DNA of 57,091 nucleotides from an uncultured bacterium (GTDB lineage: Bacteria; Patescibacteriota; Minisyncoccia; UBA9983), in the NCBI GenBank assembly GCA_913009575.1, contig CAJVWH010000001.1, positions 1-57,091 of the forward strand, in the 5' to 3' direction. The notes beneath the pieces were generated by a model, which saw nothing but the letters and a program-made list of their open reading frames with translations, was not told where the DNA came from and searched no databases. Positions 7,922 to 16,502 of the stretch are shown here, piece after piece. Position 1 is the stretch's first letter; every line of letters begins with the position of its first letter. Position numbers and translations under genes: made by a program.

Positions 7922-10351
7922 TTAGATGTCTTGAGCCGTTATTTTAAACGGCGTTTCTTTTTTAATTTCGCTTTTCAGCAGTTTTTTGGCGATTAAGTCC
8001 TCCACCTTTTTCTGGATGGCCCTTCTCATCGGCCTTGCTCCGTTCGCGGGGTCATATCCAAGTTCCGCGATTTTGGTCGCCAGACTTGAGTCAAATTCAA
8101 AAATAATGTCTCGTTTCGCCAGACGTTCTTTCAGTTCGTTCAGCATAAGGTCGGCAATTTTCAAAAGATGCTCCCGCGTGAGCGGCTTGAAAATTATCGT
8201 TTCGTCAAAACGATTCAAAAACTCCGGACGGAATACTCCCTTTTTGAGAATTTGGTCAAGGAGCTCCACTCTTAACTTCTCGTCATCTCCGCCGCCTTCT
8301 TCTATTTTTGTTCTTATGAATTCAGCGCCGGCGTTGGAAGTCGCGATGATGATTTGGCTGCGAAAATTTATTTTCCTTCCAAACGCGTCAGTGAGCCAAC
8401 CCTCGTCCAAAACTTGAAGAAAAAGATTCAGTACCGCGTAATCCGCCTTTTCTATTTCGTCAAGGAGCAAGAGGGAAAACGGATTTTCTTTTACCGCTGT
8501 GGTTAAAAGACCGGAAGTTTCTCTTTGTCTTGATCCAATCATTTTTTGCACCGCGTCGGGGCCTTGAAATTCCGACATATCAAAACGGTTCATCCTTTCT
8601 TCGGAACCGAAATACGCTTCCGCCAGCGTTTTGGCGGTTTCAGTTTTCCCCACGCCTGTGGGTCCGAGAAACAGAAAGCTTCCAATGGGTCTTTTCTTTT
8701 CACCAACTTCCAGACGGCTTCGCCTCATTGCCGAAGCGATATCGTTAACCGCGGTTTTTTGGTTAATTATCCTTTTATGAAGAATACTTTCAAGATTGAG
8801 AAGTTTTTCTTTTTCACTCTCCTCAAGTTGGCCGATTGGTATTTCGGTCTTTTGTGAGATTACCAAATCAACATGATGGGGTTCAACCAAATAATCTTGC
8901 GTTTTTGTGGCGGCGTAAATTGCGGTTTCTTCAAGGAGGTCAAGAGCCTTTTCGGGGAAAGGAGTGTCCGTGATATACAAATCAGCGCGCTCAACGATTT
9001 CCCTTATCGCCTGAACCGTGAATTTTACTGCAATCCGCGCCTCTATTTCTCTTACGCTGTCCTGGCATATTTTAAGCGTTGTTTCTTTGTCAGGTTCTTT
9101 CATTTCAACCTTTTCAAAAAGCTTCATCAATTCGCCGTTTTTCTCTATTTGCTCATGAAGCCCGCGATAAGTTGTAATGGCGACCAGCTGAAAATATCCC
9201 TTTTCTAAAAACGGGATAATAATTTGCGAGATGTCTTTTTTTCCGACGGCGCCGGTTTCGGAAGAATTTACAAGATTATGAAAATCATTGATTACTAAAA
9301 TTAAATTGCCGGCGGCACCCGCCTGGTTGAATATTTTTATCAAGCGGGCTTCCAGTTCGCCTTCGGCAACGATGCCGGCAAGGGCGGCATTTATATCAAA
9401 AAAGATAACCCGTCGATAATTTAGGTTGCCTATACTTTTACCGGACGCTACTACGCGGGCGAATTTTTGCACCATACTCATTTTGCCCACTCCGGGTTCG
9501 CCGATTATAAGGGCGTTGCTTTGCTTGCTTTTAGAAAGAATCCTTTCCATCATTTCAAATTCTTTTCTGCGCCCTATCAAATCTTCGTAATTTCCAAGAG
9601 CGTTGGTTGTTTCGGAGTATTGGTCAATAAGCGGAGTATATCCATAGGCCAAATCTTTGAAAGGAGATTTCACGGAAAACAATCTCTCTTTTCTCCACCA
9701 CCTTTTTTTCAGGTAACCTTTTTTTTGTTTTGAAATTTCCCAAAACAGTGCCGTTTTAAAGTTTTCTTTTTTAATATTGACCTGTTTCAAAAAGGGCATG
9801 ATATTCTCCTTGGGATTTCTCAGAATTTCTTCAGGAGTCTTTTTCGGATTTATTCCCAATCTTTCCCAGATGTTTTTTGACCATTTTTGCTTGAATATTT
9901 CTTTTAAATTCATTTTATCGGCCGATTTTTCTTTCGTGTTTTTGTAAAACCAGAGAGATATAAAACCGGATACCACGCAAATTGCCAAAAGAGGCGAGAT
10001 TGAGAAAATAAGCGAGTAGACGAGTAGAAAAGGCCATACCAGCCAAAAAATTAAAAATAATACCCCTGAAACTAAGAGAAAAACCTCCATAACAATTGTA
10101 AATAAAATTATGGACAATCTGACGGCAAATCCTATTGAACGGCTGATGAGATTGTAGGAGATGGATTGAAAACTGATTTTTTCTTCTGAATAATAGGAAA
10201 TATCTCTCTTCCATGGTTTGAATAATGTTTTTATCAAATTAGGAGCTCCGAAAAAATAAAGATAGAAAAATTTTAAAAATCTGAGCCAAATTTTCAGGAT
10301 ATCAAACGGTGCCTTAAGATAATACCAAATGGTATATTTAAAAATTATCAT
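7922..10351 (-). CDS. Membrane-anchored two-ring Clp/Hsp100-type AAA+ ATPase (degenerate ring 1)
   Basis: About 160 aa of N-terminal hydrophobic helices come first. Ring D1 has GEPGVGKMS (Met in place of the Walker-A Thr/Ser) and LVINDFHN (in place of the Walker-B DE). Ring D2 is canonical: [36 protein letters not shown]. The start is set at the first Met downstream of tRNA-Leu. Confidence 0.8.
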   Translation of the reverse strand: MIIFKYTIWYYLKAPFDILKIWLRFLKFFYLYFFGAPNLIKTLFKPWKRDISYYSEEKISFQSISYNLISRSIGFAVRLSIILFTIVMEVFLLVSGVLFLIFWLVWPFLLVYSLIFSISPLLAICVVSGFISLWFYKNTKEKSADKMNLKEIFKQKWSKNIWERLGINPKKTPEEILRNPKENIMPFLKQVNIKKENFKTALFWEISKQKKGYLKKRWWRKERLFSVKSPFKDLAYGYTPLIDQYSETTNALGNYEDLIGRRKEFEMMERILSKSKQSNALIIGEPGVGKMSMVQKFARVVASGKSIGNLNYRRVIFFDINAALAGIVAEGELEARLIKIFNQAGAAGNLILVINDFHNLVNSSETGAVGKKDISQIIIPFLEKGYFQLVAITTYRGLHEQIEKNGELMKLFEKVEMKEPDKETTLKICQDSVREIEARIAVKFTVQAIREIVERADLYITDTPFPEKALDLLEETAIYAATKTQDYLVEPHHVDLVISQKTEIPIGQLEESEKEKLLNLESILHKRIINQKTAVNDIASAMRRSRLEVGEKKRPIGSFLFLGPTGVGKTETAKTLAEAYFGSEERMNRFDMSEFQGPDAVQKMIGSRQRETSGLLTTAVKENPFSLLLLDEIEKADYAVLNLFLQVLDEGWLTDAFGRKINFRSQIIIATSNAGAEFIRTKIEEGGGDDEKLRVELLDQILKKGVFRPEFLNRFDETIIFKPLTREHLLKIADLMLNELKERLAKRDIIFEFDSSLATKIAELGYDPANGARPMRRAIQKKVEDLIAKKLLKSEIKKETPFKITAQDI

Positions 10352-10353
10352 GA

Positions 10354-10436
10354 TGCCGCCGGTCGGACTCGAACCGACACGGAGTCGCCTCCACAGCATT
10401 TTGAGTGCTGCGTGTCTGCCATTTCACCACGGCGGC
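10354..10436 (-). tRNA. tRNA-Leu (anticodon CAA), long variable arm
   Basis: The reverse complement folds as acceptor GCCGCCG/CGGCGGC, anticodon stem CAGCA/TGCTG with loop CTCAAAA, a long variable arm and T loop GGTTCGAGTCC. Confidence 0.9.
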
Positions 10437-10479
10437 ATTTCTGATTATTAATATAGCAAAGACTTCCCTCAAAAACAAT

Positions 10480-10520
10480 AAACTTCCTCTTCCAAGGTCT
10501 TACTTTGGAAGAGGAAGTTT
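10480..10520. repeat. 41-nt hairpin palindrome (16-bp perfect arms, 9-nt loop) in the tRNA-Leu/parB divergent spacer
   Basis: aaacttcctcttccaa-ggtcttact-ttggaagaggaagttt. The right arm abuts or overlaps the parB -35 box. Confidence 0.95.
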
Positions 10521-10547
10521 GCAAGAAAATTTTTTGCAATGTATAAT
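10519..10547 (+). promoter_or_regulatory. Sigma70-like promoter of parB (TTGCAA-N17-TATAAT)
   Basis: -35 at 10519-10524, -10 at 10542-10547 preceded by TG. ATG at 10556 is 8 nt downstream. Confidence 0.5.
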
Positions 10548-10555
10548 AAAAGGCA

Positions 10556-11545
10556 ATGGATAATAATCTTCAAAAACACAGCAGCGTTTTTTGGATAGAG
10601 GTTGACAAAATTAAACCCAATCCTATGCAGCCGCGCAGGGAATTTGATGAAGCCCGCTTGGCTGATTTGGCGGAATCAATTCGGCAATACGGAGTACTTC
10701 AGCCTTTGGTTGTCACCAGAAAAGAAATTGAAGAGCCAAACGGGATTTCCGTTGAATATGAGCTTATAGCCGGCGAACGTCGTCTGCGCGCATCAAAATT
10801 AGCCGGTTTGTATCAAGTACCGGTGATTATCCGCGAGGAAACTGAAGACAAAATCAAGCTTGAACTCGCGATAATTGAGAATCTCCAGCGCGAAGATTTA
10901 AATCCCATTGAACGGGCGTATGCTTTCAGAAAACTGATTGAATCGTTTAGTTTAAAACATTATGAAGTCGCGGAAAGAGTGGGAAAGAGCCGAGTATTTG
11001 TAACTAACACCTTGCGCCTTCTTAATTTGCCGGAAGAAATTCAACGAGCGGCCCGTGAGGGATTGATTACCGAAGGACATATGAGACCATTGCTTATGCT
11101 TTCGGGAAGAAAGGAAGAACAATCCAATCTTTATCATGAAATTATTGAAAAAAAGATGACAGTAAGGGATGCTGAACTGATCGCGCGGAAAATCGCCCAA
11201 GAAAGGGCGAGGGTTCGGGAGGGAGAAGCACTTGATTTGGATACTCGCGTTATTGAAGAAAAATTGTCAGAATCATTGGGTACGCGGGTACGAATAGAAA
11301 AAATGGGACAAAAAGGAAAAATCCACATTGATTTCTTTTCGGAGGAAGAACTGCGCGCCCTGCTGGATAAGGTGATAAAAGAAAGAGGCGGCTCATCTGA
11401 ATTTGAAGGGGGCAGGGAATCGTTTATAAACAAAAATAAAGAAAAAGAAGAGGAAGCGGCAAAAATTTCCAATGAGCCGGCAGTCCCTCCGGAATCGACG
11501 CAACCTGAAGATACGGATGAATTAGTGAGAAATTTTACGCTTTAA
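10556..11545 (+). CDS. parB: ParB/Spo0J chromosome partitioning protein
   Basis: 329 aa. ParB N-domain motifs (NPMQPRREFDE, GVLQPLVV, IAGERRLRA), an HTH region and an acidic tail. Confidence 0.9.
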   Translation: MDNNLQKHSSVFWIEVDKIKPNPMQPRREFDEARLADLAESIRQYGVLQPLVVTRKEIEEPNGISVEYELIAGERRLRASKLAGLYQVPVIIREETEDKIKLELAIIENLQREDLNPIERAYAFRKLIESFSLKHYEVAERVGKSRVFVTNTLRLLNLPEEIQRAAREGLITEGHMRPLLMLSGRKEEQSNLYHEIIEKKMTVRDAELIARKIAQERARVREGEALDLDTRVIEEKLSESLGTRVRIEKMGQKGKIHIDFFSEEELRALLDKVIKERGGSSEFEGGRESFINKNKEKEEEAAKISNEPAVPPESTQPEDTDELVRNFTL

Positions 11546-13027
11546 ATTTAGGTTTTTTAAAAAACCGCTTTTTTTCGCTGATGTTTTTATTTGTTTTCTG
11601 GCAAGTGAAGTTTTTGCATGTTTGAGCCACTCCGTGGAAGGTTTTTTGTTTTTTTGCGTTTGGATTTGTACAATATCGCCGTTGTTGAGAATGGTGCCGA
11701 CAGAAACGAATTTTCCATTTACCATTGCCCCAGTTGAACTGTTGCCGATTTCGCTGTGGACGGCGTAAGCGAAGTCAATTACCGTCGCTCCCTCGGGTAA
11801 ATCAATGACATCGCCTTTTGGAGTAAAGCAGAATACCCGGTCTTTGAAAAAATCTATTCGCAGCGTTTCCAAAAAATCTTTTGTTTTAAGTGTCTCTTTT
11901 TTGTTTTCGGAAAACTCTTTTTGCCAGTCCACCAGCTGATTAACCCATGCAATCCCCGGGTTAATTTTTCCTCCTTCTTTGGGTTTGCCCGATTCCGCGT
12001 ATGCCCAATGGGCGGCGATTCCGTGCTCCGCCTCTTCATGCATTTTTTTGGTGCGAATTTGAATTTCGGTAATTTCACCGTCGGCGGCGAAAACCGTGGT
12101 GTGAAGGCTTTGGTAGCCGTTTGGCTTCGGCACTGCGATATAATCTTTTATCTTGCTCGGCAACGGCCTCCACATTTTGTGTATGATTCCCAAGATTTTA
12201 TAGCATTCTTCAATCGTTTCAACTACAATTCTCAAAGCGATTAAGTCATATACTTTATTGATGTTCATATCAACATCGGGCCTTTTCAGTTTTTTAAACA
12301 AACTGTAAATGTGTTTTATTCGCGAGTCTATTTTGAAATTTTCCAATCCGTTTCTTTTTAATTCTTCCCCCAATTCTTGTTTGACTTTTTCCAGATACTT
12401 TTCTTTTTCTTCATACTTACCTTTTATTATCTTTATAATTTTTTCGTGTCCTTCCGGATGTATATAAATAAAGGCAAGGTCTTCCAATTGCCCTTTGAGT
12501 TTTCCAATGCCGAGGCGATTGGCGAGGGGAGCGTAAATTTCCAGAGTTTCAAGAGATATTCTTTTTTGTTTTTCTTTGGGTATGTACTCCAGTGTTTTCA
12601 TATTGTGCAGGCGGTCGGCCAGTTTTATGAGAATGACACGGATGTCTTTTGCCATTGCCAAAAACATCTTGCGAAGATTTTCCACCTCGCGTTCAACACC
12701 CCTGTATTTTAATTCCCCGAGTTTGGTTACGCCGGATACCAAAAAAGCGATTTCTTCGCCGAACTCCTTTTTAATTTTTTTAATACTGATGTTTTCATTG
12801 TCTTCGCAAACATCATGAAGAAGCCCTCCGGCAATTGTTTTGGCGCCAAGATTCAAGTGAGCAAGTGTTTTAGCCGTTTCAAAAGGATGGGTGATATAAT
12901 CTTCTCCGGAAAATCTTTTTTGTCCGTCGTGCGCTTCTTTGGCAAACTCAAAAGCGCGCGTGATAAGTTCAATATCTTCTTTTTTGGGATTTTCCAATAT
13001 ATCAATAATTTCCTTGACATTTGGCAT
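11522..13027 (-). CDS. rel: RelA/SpoT-homolog (p)ppGpp synthetase/hydrolase with HD, synthetase and TGS domains, no ACT domain
   Basis: 501 aa. HD hydrolase (HDGQKR...LLHDVCED), synthetase core (RIKHIYSLFKK...YQSLHTTV) and TGS (FTPKGDVIDLPEGATVIDFAYAVH). Confidence 0.9.
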   Translation of the reverse strand: MPNVKEIIDILENPKKEDIELITRAFEFAKEAHDGQKRFSGEDYITHPFETAKTLAHLNLGAKTIAGGLLHDVCEDNENISIKKIKKEFGEEIAFLVSGVTKLGELKYRGVEREVENLRKMFLAMAKDIRVILIKLADRLHNMKTLEYIPKEKQKRISLETLEIYAPLANRLGIGKLKGQLEDLAFIYIHPEGHEKIIKIIKGKYEEKEKYLEKVKQELGEELKRNGLENFKIDSRIKHIYSLFKKLKRPDVDMNINKVYDLIALRIVVETIEECYKILGIIHKMWRPLPSKIKDYIAVPKPNGYQSLHTTVFAADGEITEIQIRTKKMHEEAEHGIAAHWAYAESGKPKEGGKINPGIAWVNQLVDWQKEFSENKKETLKTKDFLETLRIDFFKDRVFCFTPKGDVIDLPEGATVIDFAYAVHSEIGNSSTGAMVNGKFVSVGTILNNGDIVQIQTQKNKKPSTEWLKHAKTSLARKQIKTSAKKSGFLKNLNLKRKISH

Positions 13028-13174
13028 ATAATTTATTATACTTCATATTAGATAAAAAATTAAGACGGGGCGAAGTGCGAAGCCACGGCGCACTTCTGCG
13101 GTGAAAATACCCGCAGAAAAAGACTTTTTTCCCGGTTGGCGGCCGGCGTCCCGACCAAAAAAAGGAGGTTTAAA

Positions 13175-13372
13175 ATGGGTAATGCTACGAATAGTATGGT
13201 ATACAAATGCAGGGGTTGCGGATATCAAGAATTTTTTGACCCTCGCAAAGTTACCAGAAAATGTCCCGGATGTAACGCTCTTGACTCCTTTATGGGAGTG
13301 GAGGAAAAAAAAGAAAAAGGTGTGTTTAATCGCCTTACAAAGAGTTCTTCACTTTTATATCCCGTGGTTTGA
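13175..13372 (+). CDS. Small zinc-ribbon protein (hypothetical)
   Basis: 65 aa from the ATG preceded by aaaggagg (one of the few strong SD sites here). C-x2-C...C-x2-C (CRGCGY...CPGCN). Confidence 0.5.
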   Translation: MGNATNSMVYKCRGCGYQEFFDPRKVTRKCPGCNALDSFMGVEEKKEKGVFNRLTKSSSLLYPVV

Positions 13373-13399
13373 TTGTTGGTTGCGCCCCCACGCTTTTAA

Positions 13400-15406
13400 T
13401 TAAGCGTCGGGGCTTTCTTTTTTCTCTTTTTCTTCTCTTGGGTCTTTCCATGACGCGAAATCACAGGCCGGCCATTCTGAACAGCCAAAAAATATCCGTT
13501 TAGTTTTTGTATATTTTTTAATAATATCGCCGTCTTTGCACTTGGGGCAATGCATTCCGATTTTGTCCGCCTCCTTTTTAATCGCCTTTGTATTTCTGCA
13601 ATCCGGAAAACCGGTGCACGCCAAAAATTTGCCGAATCTGCCGTGTTTAATGACCATCGGCTTTCCGCACTTTCCGCACTTTTCGTTTGTTTCTTCGTCA
13701 GTGTATTTTTTTTCAACTTCGTCAAATTTTTCCATAAGATTTTTGTGAAATGGCTGATAAAAATTTTTAATTACCGGCACCCATTTTGTTTTTCCCTCCG
13801 CGACCTCATCAAGCTCTTCTTCCATTTTTGCCGTGAATTTTAAATCAACAATTTCCGGAAAATGTTCCACCAGTAAGTCGTTTACAAGAATGCCCGTTTC
13901 AGTCGGCGCAAATTTTTTTTGTTGGTTTTTTTCAACGTAATTGCGCATTTGGATTGTTGAAATGGTCGGCGCGTAAGTGGAAGGTCGTCCGATACCATAT
14001 TCCTCAAGTGTTTTCACCAAGGTTGCTTCGCTATATCTTGGCGGTGGTTCAGTAAAGTGTTGGTTGGGAATGAGTTTTATGAGCTCCAGTATTTCATTTT
14101 CCGATAATTCGGGCAAGATGTTTTCTGTAAACTGCGTCGGGTAGACTTTCAGCCACCCCTCAAACTTCATTATAGACCCTGTGGCGCGGAATGTAAAATT
14201 TTTTGCCGCGATGTCCACAGTCGTGGAATCAAAAATTGCTTCTTTCATTTGGCAGGCGATAAATCTCCGCCAGATTAAATCATAAAGTTTTTGCTGTTTT
14301 GAATCAAGTTTGTCTTTTAAATTTTCCGGAGTTTGAGCCGGATCAGACGGCCTGATCGCTTCATGCGCCTCTTGCGCCCCCTTGGATTTTGTCTTAAATC
14401 TGCGCGGCGCAGCCAGAGAAAATTCCTTACCAAAACTTTTTTCAATTGCCGCTTTGGCCGACCTGAGCGATTCCTCGGAAAGGTTTACCGAATCGGTTCT
14501 CATATATGTTATGAATCCCTTTTCATAAAGCTGCTGGGCGAACATCATTGTTTGTTTGGCTGAAAATCCCAATTTGTTCGCGCCTTCCTGCTGGAGAGTG
14601 CTTGTGGTGAAAGGAGGTTTGGGAGAGCGTTTTATCTCTTTTTTTACGACTTTTTCAATTTTATATTCCGCGCCTTTTAAATCTTTAACAATTTTATCCG
14701 CTTCGTTTTTGTTTTTGACGGCAAATTTGTCCAGAAGTTTTCCGTCTTTTTTAATTAACTTAGCGCCAAAACCAGAACCGACCCCAGGGGTCGGTGAAAC
14801 CGACCCCTGGGGTCGGTTCTGTAACTCAGTGATGATTGACCAGAATTCAATCGGCTTAAATTTTTCAATTTCCCGTTCGCGGTCAACAATAAGGCGGACC
14901 GCCACTGATTGGACTCGTCCAGCAGAAAGTCCCTTGAACACTTTTTTCCAGAGAAAAGGGGATAGTTCGTATCCTACAAGGCGGTCCAGAATCCTGCGCG
15001 CCTGCTGGGCATCAACAAGATTAATGTCAATTTGGCGCGGATTTTCCAGCGCTTTTTCTATCGCCGGCTTGGTTATCTCGTGAAATACAATCCGTTTTGT
15101 TTTCTCCGGCTTGAGCTCCATGGCGTGCGTCAAATGCCACGCAATGGCTTCTCCTTCGCGGTCTTCATCAGACGCGAGAATTACCTCATCGGCTTTTGCC
15201 GCTTCTTTTTTTAATTCATTGACCCTTTTTCTTGATTTTGTAGGAATGACATAAGACGGCTCAAAATTATGTTCCGTATCAATTCCCATTTTTGATTTCG
15301 GCAGGTCGCGGATGTGCCCGTAGGAAGACTCAACTTTAAAATCCTTCCCGAGAAATTTGGAAATTGTCTTTGCTTTAGTTGGTGATTCGACTATTACAAG
15401 TTTCAT
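13400..15406 (-). CDS. topA: DNA topoisomerase I
   Basis: Toprim start MKLVIVESPTKAKTISKFLG, catalytic region, two C-terminal C4 zinc ribbons. The start is set at MKLVIVESP (15406); the ORF-track extension to 15526 is unlikely. Confidence 0.93.
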   Translation of the reverse strand: MKLVIVESPTKAKTISKFLGKDFKVESSYGHIRDLPKSKMGIDTEHNFEPSYVIPTKSRKRVNELKKEAAKADEVILASDEDREGEAIAWHLTHAMELKPEKTKRIVFHEITKPAIEKALENPRQIDINLVDAQQARRILDRLVGYELSPFLWKKVFKGLSAGRVQSVAVRLIVDREREIEKFKPIEFWSIITELQNRPQGSVSPTPGVGSGFGAKLIKKDGKLLDKFAVKNKNEADKIVKDLKGAEYKIEKVVKKEIKRSPKPPFTTSTLQQEGANKLGFSAKQTMMFAQQLYEKGFITYMRTDSVNLSEESLRSAKAAIEKSFGKEFSLAAPRRFKTKSKGAQEAHEAIRPSDPAQTPENLKDKLDSKQQKLYDLIWRRFIACQMKEAIFDSTTVDIAAKNFTFRATGSIMKFEGWLKVYPTQFTENILPELSENEILELIKLIPNQHFTEPPPRYSEATLVKTLEEYGIGRPSTYAPTISTIQMRNYVEKNQQKKFAPTETGILVNDLLVEHFPEIVDLKFTAKMEEELDEVAEGKTKWVPVIKNFYQPFHKNLMEKFDEVEKKYTDEETNEKCGKCGKPMVIKHGRFGKFLACTGFPDCRNTKAIKKEADKIGMHCPKCKDGDIIKKYTKTKRIFFGCSEWPACDFASWKDPREEKEKKESPDA
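14773..14821. repeat. 49-nt perfect palindrome (23-bp arms, 3-nt centre) inside topA
   Basis: cagaaccgaccccaggggtcggt-gaa-accgacccctggggtcggttctg, verified by hand. Each arm contains an inner palindrome (gacccc-a-ggggtc). It is translated as NRPQGSVSPTPGVGSG in a variable region of TopA. Confidence 0.95.
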
Positions 15407-15610
15407 AAATATGGTTTTTGTCCCGATTTTATTCAAATCTTTGATTTGAAGATAAAATCGAGGATTCTCGAAAAATATAAAATCTTTGATTTTTATTTTT
15501 CGGAACTTTGGTCGGAGATTCAACAATAACTAATTTTTTCATAATTTGATTATAGCAGAGGGTATCAGAAACCAATAAACTTTGTCAAATGAAACACTCC
15601 TTAATTATTT

Positions 15611-16465
15611 TTACATTTTTCGGATTTCACCGCCGGATTCTTTGATGAGGTTGTTTATTTCCATCATTGTGAGAATTGGATTGATTTCCGTTGCCGGCAT
15701 TTTCAGTTTTCTTGTCAAGTCATCTTTGCCTATCGGTTCGTTAAGCGCTGACATTATTTTCTCTTCAATGGGAGAAAGGGGAAGATTTATTTTTGAATTT
15801 TCTTCTTCGGCTTCAATGCCAAACGAGCTGAGAATGTCCTCAGCGGACGAAACGGGCACGGCGCCTTGTTTAATCAGCTTGTTCGTGCCTTTTGAATTCT
15901 CACTGAAGATTGAGCCGGGTACGGCAAACACATCGCGGTTGAAATCAAGTGAAAAATTCGCGGTGATAAGCGCTCCGCTTCGCTCCGGCGCTTCAATAAC
16001 AAGGGTGCCGGCGGAGATGCCCGCGATAATCCTGTTCCTTTGCGGAAATGTATAGACGCTCGCCGGCATATCCCATGGGAATTCTGAGAGAAGCGCTCCA
16101 CCACTTTCAAGTATTTCCCGCGCCAGTTTTTTATGCGAATGGGGATGAAGAACTTTTTCATCCAAGCCGGAGCCGGGAATGGCGATGGTCGGCAAATTGT
16201 TTTCCATTGCCGACCAATGGGCAATGGAATCAATTCCCAGCGCCAGCCCGCTTACAATTACAAAATTATAGCCCATTAGTCCGCCAATAATTTTTCGGCA
16301 CGCTTCTTTTCCGTATGTTGAAAATTTTCTGGTTCCGACAACCGCCAGATAGATATATTCGTCTGATGGCGGAAATTCACCGATTAAATACATTTCTTCA
16401 GGCACCTTCGGAATTTCCCGCAAATTCGGCGGATATTGATTTGGTTTTAATATTTTTCTTTCCAC
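15611..16465 (-). CDS. dprA: DNA-processing protein DprA/Smf
   Basis: 284 aa. Rossmann-like DprA core (VSGLALGIDSIAH, GSGLD, FPQRNRIIAG, VIEAPERSGALITA) and a C-terminal wHTH. Confidence 0.9.
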   Translation of the reverse strand: MERKILKPNQYPPNLREIPKVPEEMYLIGEFPPSDEYIYLAVVGTRKFSTYGKEACRKIIGGLMGYNFVIVSGLALGIDSIAHWSAMENNLPTIAIPGSGLDEKVLHPHSHKKLAREILESGGALLSEFPWDMPASVYTFPQRNRIIAGISAGTLVIEAPERSGALITANFSLDFNRDVFAVPGSIFSENSKGTNKLIKQGAVPVSSAEDILSSFGIEAEEENSKINLPLSPIEEKIMSALNEPIGKDDLTRKLKMPATEINPILTMMEINNLIKESGGEIRKM

Positions 16466-16502
16466 TGTTTACTATTTTAACATACCTGTTAAAATGTAGT
16501 TA

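Noticed and set aside
10352-10399. N-terminal extension (MLWRRLRVGSSPTGGI) of the Clp-type ATPase ORF.
   Set aside because: These codons are the reverse-strand reading of the tRNA-Leu gene body. The first Met after the tRNA (10351) is used instead.
13072-13115. Guanidine-II (mini-ykkC) riboswitch, considered because the first hairpin loop contains ACGG.
   Set aside because: The loop is 9 nt rather than an ACGR tetraloop, and the second hairpin has no ACGR. The motif is not satisfied.
13396-13725. A 109-aa minus-strand ORF overlapping the 3' end of topA in another frame.
   Set aside because: It is fully contained in the topA zinc-ribbon coding region and has no independent support.
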